Assembly: GCA_007571315.1 (NCBI GenBank)
Contig: RKRP01000054.1
Coordinates: 1-62,790, forward strand
Source of the DNA: Gammaproteobacteria bacterium
GTDB lineage: Bacteria; Pseudomonadota; Gammaproteobacteria; Steroidobacterales; Foliamicaceae
DNA: 62,790 bases
Reading direction: 5' to 3'
Positions 9,487 to 16,050 of this stretch are shown here, piece after piece (position 1 is the stretch's first letter; every line of letters begins with the position of its first letter). Made by a program: the position numbers and the translations under genes. The notes under the pieces were generated by a model. The model was not told where the DNA came from. It saw nothing but the letters and a program-made list of their open reading frames with translations, and made no database searches.

Positions 9487-10421
9487 GGCTGGCCTCATTT
9501 TTTGCCGGGATCGGAGGCTTTGATCTTGGTTTTGAGCGCGCTGGCGCCGAGGTTGTTTTTCAGTGCGAAATTAGTGCGCACTGCCAGCACATTTTGCGCA
9601 GGAATTGGCCTGACATCACGATGCACGGCGACATAAGGACGCTCCATGAAACAAGCATCCCTGAATCAGATGTATGGTCAGCAGGCTTTCCATGCCAAGA
9701 CCTCTCTTTGGCCCGCATGGGGCCGCGCTCTGGGCTTCAAGGGAATCAGTCTGGACTCTTTTTTGAGTTTGTGCGGCTCGTTCGAGCGCGCCGTCCAGCA
9801 ACAATTGTCCTTGAAAACGTGCATGGCCTTCTCTCTAGCCACGGAGGACGAGACTTCGCCATCGTACTCAAGGCGCTGGATGAACTCGGGTATGGTGTCG
9901 CGTGGCGTGTGCTTAACAGCAAAGACTTTGGAATCCCCCAGCAACGCCGTCGCGTCTTTATTGTTGCCGTGCATAGAGACCGGGGAAATCCCGGAGAAAT
10001 ACTTTTTGAGCCAGAATGCGGCGATTGGCATTCTAAGAAGGGTCGATCAAATGAAAAGAAATCTCCCTCCCTCTTTCAGAAAATCATTGGAAATCCTGTC
10101 ACGGGGCCACTCGTAAAAAGCATTGCTCATTGCATCTACGCAGAATCAGCGCGGCATACAGGAACTGATTGGTCACGCAACTATGTCTGGTATCCCGATG
10201 GTCGGGTGCGCCGCTTCACGCCATTAGAAGTGGAGCGAGCGCAAGGATTCCCTGATGGTTGGACCGACCTTCAAGACCGCGCCGACGTTGCTTCCGCCAG
10301 GGTGGATAGTTTGCGCTATCACGCGATTGGAAACTCTGTCACTCCGGCTGTCGCGGAATGGCTTGCGCGCCGAATAAGGGGCTTTCTCGGATCACAGGAT
10401 ATTGAGCGCGCCGCCGCATGA
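9465..10421 (+). CDS. DNA (cytosine-5)-methyltransferase
   Basis: Motif I FAGIGGFDLG, motif IV GFPCQDLS, motif VI LENV, motif VIII QQRRRVFIVA and motif X GNSVTPAV are all present. The GTG/TTG start overlaps the transposase remnant's end. Confidence 0.9.
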   Translation: MPGPDRLRLASFFAGIGGFDLGFERAGAEVVFQCEISAHCQHILRRNWPDITMHGDIRTLHETSIPESDVWSAGFPCQDLSLARMGPRSGLQGNQSGLFFEFVRLVRARRPATIVLENVHGLLSSHGGRDFAIVLKALDELGYGVAWRVLNSKDFGIPQQRRRVFIVAVHRDRGNPGEILFEPECGDWHSKKGRSNEKKSPSLFQKIIGNPVTGPLVKSIAHCIYAESARHTGTDWSRNYVWYPDGRVRRFTPLEVERAQGFPDGWTDLQDRADVASARVDSLRYHAIGNSVTPAVAEWLARRIRGFLGSQDIERAAA

Positions 10422-11428
10422 CTGTTTCAGTTCGGTGGCGCCCGTCCGGCGGCAGGGGCGAATTTGAGTTTGTACCCGCGCACTCCCTTGAAGATCGGGA
10501 TATAAGCGTTGATTTCGGCGCATTGAACATCCTTATGAGGGCGGAGGTTGTCGGAAGGCATCTGCAAGGGAAGCCCAGGCTCAGAAAGCACGAAAGAGAC
10601 AACCGACCCAAACTTCGCCTGCCGCAACTCGTAATGGCTGTATCGGGCCTTCCTGAGCCCGCCAGGGAGGACAAGGGAGATGATGTTCAGTTTCCCTTGG
10701 AAAACGGCCAATTCGTCATGGACAGGACGGATTTCGACATCATTGAGGATGATGGCATATCCGTGGTTCTAGCACCTTTGCGCGTGTCAATCCTTCGGAG
10801 CGACACAAAAATCAACTTGCAAGACCGGCTTCGTGGAATTTCTGAAGACTGGAAGCAAGTGGATCGGATCAGGGAGCATGACGGCAAGCTAGCCGCCTAC
10901 ATCCTTTCCCATAAAGAGCAGGTTGAGCAGGGAGTAAATTCCCGCTCGATTAGGCGAACCGCTGACAATGTGATTGGGGAAAAAACAAACCTTTTCGGTC
11001 ACACCAATGCCCGATCCGCAAGTTCGCTTATTGAAGCCGGATCAAGGCCGGAAGTGGATATTGAGGCGATAGCTGGACGGGAGGGGAGGCTGTTGGCCCG
11101 CCTTCATGTTTACCGTGAGCGCGACAGAGCCTTCTCGAAAAGAGTGCGCGGTTACTATTTGTCGAAAGGCAACGGGAAAATTGAATGCAATGCTTGCAGA
11201 AAGTTCCCTGTGAATGTTTACGGCCCTTTGGGGCACTCCGCGATAGAGGTGCACCACAAGGTGCCAATAGAGGAGTTGCAGCCGGACACAGTTACAACCC
11301 TAACCGAAATGGCGGTGTTGTGCGCTAATTGCCATCGCGTGGTTCACTCAAAGCGGCCTTGTCTCTTAGTTGAAGAAGTTGGCGATTTGGTAGCTGCGCA
11401 ACGACCGCAAGGAGGGATGCCCCTGTGA
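10418..11428 (+). CDS. HNH-family nuclease, candidate restriction endonuclease partner
   Basis: ATGA overlap with the methyltransferase stop. The C-terminal CNAC...EVHHKVP...CANCHRVVH forms an HNH/Zn-finger block. The N-terminal 250 aa are unrecognised. Confidence 0.7.
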   Translation: MTVSVRWRPSGGRGEFEFVPAHSLEDRDISVDFGALNILMRAEVVGRHLQGKPRLRKHERDNRPKLRLPQLVMAVSGLPEPAREDKGDDVQFPLENGQFVMDRTDFDIIEDDGISVVLAPLRVSILRSDTKINLQDRLRGISEDWKQVDRIREHDGKLAAYILSHKEQVEQGVNSRSIRRTADNVIGEKTNLFGHTNARSASSLIEAGSRPEVDIEAIAGREGRLLARLHVYRERDRAFSKRVRGYYLSKGNGKIECNACRKFPVNVYGPLGHSAIEVHHKVPIEELQPDTVTTLTEMAVLCANCHRVVHSKRPCLLVEEVGDLVAAQRPQGGMPL

Positions 11429-11604
11429 CTGATAAACCCAAACCCCTCATCCTCAAGTCCAAGACCTGCCAGCCGAACAAGGCGGAGATTGAGGAGGAGA
11501 CCAGGCTGCCGGTGCCCGGCCAAGACGTTCACGAGCGCGCCCGCAACCTCGCCCGCGCTGTCCTGCAACCCGTCAAAATCAAGATCAGCGAGTTCGCCAA
11601 GTAG
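11425..11604 (+). CDS. hypothetical 59-aa protein, last ORF inside the element
   Basis: GTG 11425 overlaps the HNH stop (GTGA). Translation is VTDKPKPLILKSKTCQPNKAEIEEETRLPVPGQDVHERARNLARAVLQPVKIKISEFAK, with the stop 18 nt before the right IR. It falls below the ORF-track size cutoff. Confidence 0.3.
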   Translation: MTDKPKPLILKSKTCQPNKAEIEEETRLPVPGQDVHERARNLARAVLQPVKIKISEFAK

Positions 11605-11622
11605 ATTCAAGCCCCTATTTAC

Positions 11623-11646
11623 TGGTTACTATTCGATATAATCCCC
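11623..11646. repeat. right terminal inverted repeat
   Basis: tggttactattcgatataatcccc is the reverse-complement match to 8862-8886 (24 of 25 positions). Confidence 0.7.
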
Positions 11647-11689
11647 TTAGCATGCCTAATTGCATCAGTGTTCCTGGGGAGCGTTGATC

Positions 11690-11820
11690 CCGCCTTGTTT
11701 TCTCCCCTTCCGGGAGACGCATGAATACGTCCCTGTAGCCTGGTTCCGCCATCCGTGCGCGCCAGGCTATTGGCGCGCACTCCAGCACTCCCGGAAGATG
11801 AGCGGGAGAAAACAAGGCGG
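11690..11820. repeat. 131-nt nested palindromic element (MITE-like or structured RNA)
   Basis: There is a perfect 17-bp inverted repeat (11690-11706 / 11804-11820). Inside it lie a 10-bp pair (11707-11716 / 11788-11797) and a 10-bp hairpin (11755-11764 / 11771-11780, 6-nt loop). Confidence 0.6.
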
Positions 11821-11945
11821 CAACTGCGACAGCTTGCGGCTAGCCCGGAATGAACGGAATGGCTACAGCGCCAGAGTTGGCGTTAGCGTTACCAGCCGTA
11901 TTCATCGAAAAGCCCTTTTGTCCTAACGTTCTTCCTCCGTAAAAT

Positions 11946-12992
11946 TCAGAGTGTTAAGGCCTTATTGGAGGACACCTTGCCCGTGACGGATTGTAACCAG
12001 CAACAAGCGCTGTTTCCCGCTGCCAAGGGCGGTCGGATGGAGGCCCGGTTTTCTGGCGGCGCCATCATCTCCAACGGCGGCGTGCTGCTGTAGGCCACAC
12101 TGACCCGCTCGCGCCCTGACAGGTCGCGGTAGCTGACCGGCTGCGTCAGGCCAGCGCGCAGCATCATTTCCCGCACCGCCTTGCCCTGATTCGCGCCGTG
12201 CTCCGCGGCCAGCATCCCTCCCGGATGGAGGTAAGGCGGCGCGCCCGATATGACCGTGCGCAAATGCCGCAACCCGTCCGCTCCGCCATCCAGGGCTCGC
12301 CGCGGCTCATAGCGCAATGCCCCCCGCCCGCAAAGCCGGGATTCGACATACGGGGGATTGGCGGCGATGGCATTGAAACGCCAACCGTCCCCGACCGCTT
12401 CGTACCAGGAACCTTGAGCGAAACGGATTCTGCCCGGCGCCAGGCGCGCGGCATTGCGCCGCGCCACTTCCAGCGCGGCGGCGGAAACATCCGTGGCTGC
12501 AAGGCGCGCATCCGGCAGCAACCGGGCCAGCGCGACCGCCACCACGCCGCAACCGGTTCCCAGGTCGATGCCGGTCGCGCCTTTGCGCATTTCTCCAAGG
12601 TGGCTCGACAGCACCTCCACCAGCAACTCGGTTTCCGGACGCGGCGCAAGCACTTCGGGCGTAATCTCGAATTCCAGCGAGAAGAACTCCTTGCGGCCAA
12701 TGATCTGAGCCACCGGACGGCCGCGGGCGCGCTCTTCCAGCAAGGCGTGGGCCCTGTCCGCATGCTCTGGCCTCAGAACCTCGGTTGAGCGCGCGTACAG
12801 GCGGCTGCGCGGAACGCTTAAGGCATGAGCCAGAAGCAGCTCGCAATCCAGCCGCGGACTATCGCTTGCGGGCCGCAGGCGCTCGGCGCCCTGGCGAAGC
12901 ATTTCCCCAATACGGACCTGCGCCCGCTCGGCGGCAAGTTCCGAAACACGTGGCGGCGGCATGGAATCCGGCATGGAACTATTGTCGCGCAT
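11946..12992 (-). CDS. prmC: peptide chain release factor N5-glutamine methyltransferase, with a non-native C-terminal extension
   Basis: Contains GTGCGVVAVALA (the SAM motif), NPPYV and ...YRDLSGRERV (the usual end of PrmC). A further roughly 47 aa are read from the antisense of the IS fragment. Confidence 0.9.
   Translation of the reverse strand: MRDNSSMPDSMPPPRVSELAAERAQVRIGEMLRQGAERLRPASDSPRLDCELLLAHALSVPRSRLYARSTEVLRPEHADRAHALLEERARGRPVAQIIGRKEFFSLEFEITPEVLAPRPETELLVEVLSSHLGEMRKGATGIDLGTGCGVVAVALARLLPDARLAATDVSAAALEVARRNAARLAPGRIRFAQGSWYEAVGDGWRFNAIAANPPYVESRLCGRGALRYEPRRALDGGADGLRHLRTVISGAPPYLHPGGMLAAEHGANQGKAVREMMLRAGLTQPVSYRDLSGRERVSVAYSSTPPLEMMAPPENRASIRPPLAAGNSACCWLQSVTGKVSSNKALTL
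11983..12093 (+). pseudogene. N-terminal fragment of a DDE transposase (IS1380/IS4-like type), truncated
   Basis: The GTG-started VTDCNQQQALFPAAKGGRMEARFSGGAIISNGGVLL-stop resembles the conserved N-terminus (..F.GG.I.SDGG.LLLRE) of that transposase type as I recall it. The similarity breaks exactly where prmC homology begins. Confidence 0.4.
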
Positions 12993-13024
12993 ACCGGCAT
13001 AATGCGGCTTCGAGGAAACGAACC

Positions 13025-14179
13025 ATGGTCAAGCAGAAAGGAAATTCAACGCGCTGCGTGCATGCCGGCCGCACGCACGATGCCGCCACCGGCGGGGTCA
13101 TGCCTGCCATCCACCAGAGCAGCACCTTTGCCTACCCGGCCATGAGGAAGGCGCCCGAGCATATCTACACGCGCATTTCCAACCCCACGCGCAATGCCCT
13201 GGAAAGAGCCGTAACGGAACTTGAGGGCGGTTCCCGCACTTTCGCTTTTGCCTCGGGCATGGCGGCCAGCACGGCGGTGCTGGAGCTGCTGGAACCTGGC
13301 GATCACATTATCGGCCCGGCCAACGTGTACGGCGGCAGCTTCAACATGCTCAGGGCCGCGGGCGAGGCTCGCTTCGAAGTCAGCTACGCGCATCAGAACG
13401 AGGGGCCGCAGGCGCTTGAGGCGGCCTGGCGCAAAAACACGCGGCTGGTTTGGATGGAAACGCCTTCCAACCCTCTCATGCACATCACTGATCTCAAGGC
13501 CGCTGCCGCGCTGTGCGCGGCCAAGGGGGCCATCAGTTGCGTTGACAGCACCCTGGCTACTCCGCTGGCCACTCAGCCCCTGGCGCTAGGCTGCGATATT
13601 TCCATGCATTCCATCACCAAGTACATTGCCGGGCATTCCGATGTGCTGGGCGGCACGCTCACCGTGTCGAACGATGACCTGGCGGACCGCCTTCTCAAGG
13701 TGCGCAATCGAACCGGCGGCGTGCTCGCCCCCCTGGACTCGTACCTGGCGCTGCGCGGGTTGAAGACGATGGAACTCAGAGTCCGCCGCCAGTTCGCCAA
13801 CGCCCAACAGGTGGCCCGGGCGTTGCAGGAACACGCGAAAGTGTCGCAGGTCCACTATCCCGGTCTTGAGGACCACCCTCAACACGAACTCGCCAGTCGG
13901 CAGATGGACGGCTTCGGGGCGATCGTAACAATACGGCTAACCGGCGGCACCGAGGCGCCGGAGCGTATGCTCAACGCCCTTGAACTGTTCACCATCGCGG
14001 AAAGCCTGGGCGGCATCGAGAGCCTGGTGGGCTTCCCGCCGCGGATGAGCCACTCGGCCATGACGCAGGAAGCGCGCCAAGCCGCCGGCATTACCGGCAA
14101 CCTGGTGCGGCTTTCCTGCGGCATTGAAGATGCCGCCGACCTGATCGCCGACCTCCGCCGGGCGCTAAAAAACGCGTGA
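13025..14179 (+). CDS. Cys/Met-metabolism PLP-dependent enzyme (cystathionine gamma-synthase / beta-lyase family)
   Basis: 384 aa with STFAYP, SGMAA and the PLP-lysine block SITKYIAGHSDVLGG. ATG 13025 was chosen inside ORF 12785..14179. Confidence 0.85.
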   Translation: MVKQKGNSTRCVHAGRTHDAATGGVMPAIHQSSTFAYPAMRKAPEHIYTRISNPTRNALERAVTELEGGSRTFAFASGMAASTAVLELLEPGDHIIGPANVYGGSFNMLRAAGEARFEVSYAHQNEGPQALEAAWRKNTRLVWMETPSNPLMHITDLKAAAALCAAKGAISCVDSTLATPLATQPLALGCDISMHSITKYIAGHSDVLGGTLTVSNDDLADRLLKVRNRTGGVLAPLDSYLALRGLKTMELRVRRQFANAQQVARALQEHAKVSQVHYPGLEDHPQHELASRQMDGFGAIVTIRLTGGTEAPERMLNALELFTIAESLGGIESLVGFPPRMSHSAMTQEARQAAGITGNLVRLSCGIEDAADLIADLRRALKNA

Positions 14180-14256
14180 ATCTGCAATGATTTCGGACTG
14201 GTATTTGCCCCCGCAGTCTGTCACACTCTTAATCAGTTGAAAGCGGATTATTAAGA

Positions 14257-15243
14257 ATGGCTCCGCAACTCAAGGCTAGAGCAGCAAGGAATCGAACGCT
14301 TTCTTGCACGGATGAAGAGCGTGTTGAACTGACTCGTCAACTTGTCCGATTGGAAGATGAGATTCCGCTTTCTGATATAGCCGGTCGGTTCGTTCTTGGA
14401 GACTTCTTCTCCGTTGCGAGCTATTTTCCCTCAAGATTCGTCGATTTGCTGGTTCTTGATCCCCCGTACAATCTTTGCAAGAACTACAACGGGACTGTCT
14501 TCACGGTAAAAGAAGCAGCAGAATACAGGGCTTGGTTCCGCCGATTGATTGAGTTAGTAGTTCCGATGCTCAAAATCGACGCTACAGTCTATGTGTGCGC
14601 TGACTGGAAAACCTCTGCCATCGTGCATCCCGTGCTCGAATCCAGTTTCCGCGTGCGCAACAGAATTACATGGGAACGGGAAAAGGGGCGCGGCGCAAAG
14701 GCGAACTGGAAGAACAATACCGAGGACATCTGGTTTTGCACCAACTCCGATACGTATTACTTTGATGTTGAGGCGGTTAAGCTGAAGCGGAAAGTCATTG
14801 CGCCCTACCGCTTGCACGGGAAGCCCAAGGACTGGCATAGCGAGAAAGGCGGCAATTTCCGCATGACACACCCTTCAAACATCTGGACCGACATGACAGT
14901 GCCGTTCTGGTCGATGCCCGAGAACACCGATCATCCAACACAGAAGCCTGAGAAACTGATTGCGAAGTTGATCCTTGCAAGTTCGCAGGCGGGAGATTTT
15001 GTATTCGATCCTTTTGTTGGAAGCGGGACGACGGCGGTTGTGGCTCAGAAGTTGCAAAGGCGCTGGTGTGGAGTGGACATTGATTCGGAATATCTTTGTT
15101 GGGCCATGAAGCGCGTCGCCAGAGCACGGGAAGAATCTGCAATCCAGGGTTATGCGGGCGGCGTGTTCTGGGAGCGGAATTCGTTGTCGGAGCAGCGGAG
15201 TTGCAAGGATTCCAGCAAGAATCAGACATCGCTGTTTTCGTGA
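14257..15243 (+). CDS. DNA methyltransferase, beta-class, DPPY type (probably N6-adenine)
   Basis: Motif IV LVLDPPYNL precedes motif I FDPFVGSGTTAVVA. Hand count is 30/60 GC at 14281-14340. Confidence 0.85.
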   Translation: MAPQLKARAARNRTLSCTDEERVELTRQLVRLEDEIPLSDIAGRFVLGDFFSVASYFPSRFVDLLVLDPPYNLCKNYNGTVFTVKEAAEYRAWFRRLIELVVPMLKIDATVYVCADWKTSAIVHPVLESSFRVRNRITWEREKGRGAKANWKNNTEDIWFCTNSDTYYFDVEAVKLKRKVIAPYRLHGKPKDWHSEKGGNFRMTHPSNIWTDMTVPFWSMPENTDHPTQKPEKLIAKLILASSQAGDFVFDPFVGSGTTAVVAQKLQRRWCGVDIDSEYLCWAMKRVARAREESAIQGYAGGVFWERNSLSEQRSCKDSSKNQTSLFS

Positions 15244-15959
15244 GATCAAGGTTCTATTACGAGGGCCACAATAAGAAGGTGGCCTTCCGGATCCGGGAGC
15301 ACATCAACGCTTCTCCAGACTTTCTTTCTCCACAAACCGCAGGCAGCCCCCGAGCGGTTGGCGACGCACTGGAAAATCTTTTGGCCCAGGAGTTTGACAG
15401 CTTTCTTGGTGACTGGTGCAGCGAGTACTCGAAGGATTTTGCAAGGCGCGCGATGGAGGACCTGGCATTCAAGGACAAAGAGGGTATCTATTCCGCAGTG
15501 GACATTAAAACTCATCGCGAAGGCACGCAATTCAATATGCCAAACCTGATTTCGGTTCGCCGACTGTCCCGCTTCTACGAATCCGACATGAATGTTTTTG
15601 CACTGATCATGGTCCGATACTCAATAGATGGCACAACGGTAAGAGTATCGGAAGTGTTGTTCTCGCCAATCGAGTTTCTGGATTGGGAGTGCCTCACTCT
15701 TGGGGCTTTAGGCTGGGGGCAGATTCAGATCGCTAATTCAAGGGATGTGCGCATCATCGACGGGCTCTCGCGTAAGCTATGGATGCTTCAGTTATGCGAC
15801 GCAATGGCGGCGTTTTATCCGCGAGAAATCGACAAGATTGGAGAAAGGCTCGAACACTTCAAAGCGGTTCGAGATCATTGGCAATCCAAGCAGGACATTT
15901 GGGAGATTGGCCAGCCGCGCTGGGACAGGTCTGATCGTCCTTCTGGTCGGCGAAGTTAG
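15240..15959 (+). CDS. Type II restriction endonuclease candidate, HincII/HindII-like
   Basis: The GTG overlaps the methyltransferase TGA (GTGA). The blocks AVDIKTHREGTQFNMPNLISVRRLS and LGALGWGQIQI parallel my recollection of HincII (LDVKTRNISKSAQAPNIISAYKLA, INWAAAMQIQF). Confidence 0.5.
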   Translation: MRSRFYYEGHNKKVAFRIREHINASPDFLSPQTAGSPRAVGDALENLLAQEFDSFLGDWCSEYSKDFARRAMEDLAFKDKEGIYSAVDIKTHREGTQFNMPNLISVRRLSRFYESDMNVFALIMVRYSIDGTTVRVSEVLFSPIEFLDWECLTLGALGWGQIQIANSRDVRIIDGLSRKLWMLQLCDAMAAFYPREIDKIGERLEHFKAVRDHWQSKQDIWEIGQPRWDRSDRPSGRRS

Positions 15960-16013
15960 ATTTAGTGATGCTCTTTTGCCGAGGGCAATGCCCTCTTTCC
16001 AGATAAGAGCGTA

Positions 16014-16044
16014 GGGCGGCGGGCGTGAAGGGCGTCCGCCGCCC
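16014..16044. terminator. GC-rich hairpin between convergent genes
   Basis: GGGCGGCGGGCG-tgaaggg-CGTCCGCCGCCC forms a 12-bp stem with one mismatch. It lies between the nuclease stop (15959) and the TBDR stop (16051). There is no U-run. Confidence 0.4.
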
Positions 16045-16050
16045 TGGTCG

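Larger units (their letters stand above)
8862..11646 (+). mobile_element. IS1595-family-like element carrying a Type II R-M cargo; probably non-autonomous
   Basis: It is bounded by 25/24-nt imperfect terminal inverted repeats. It contains an ISXO2/IS1595-type transposase remnant followed by four chained, overlapping ORFs. Hand count is 28/60 GC at 10681-10740. I could not see a clean target-site duplication. Confidence 0.6.

Noticed and set aside
11344-11610. 88-aa minus-strand ORF over the HNH 3' end and the 59-codon ORF
   Set aside because: It is antisense to the HNH motif region. It has no motif and is unlikely given the chained plus-strand genes. I cannot formally exclude it.
8854-11654. 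8-bp target-site duplication flanking the IS1595-like element
   Set aside because: The flanks read gttaaccc and ttagcatg, with only 3 matching bases. No TSD can be claimed, which is consistent with later flanking deletions but leaves the exact ends unproven.
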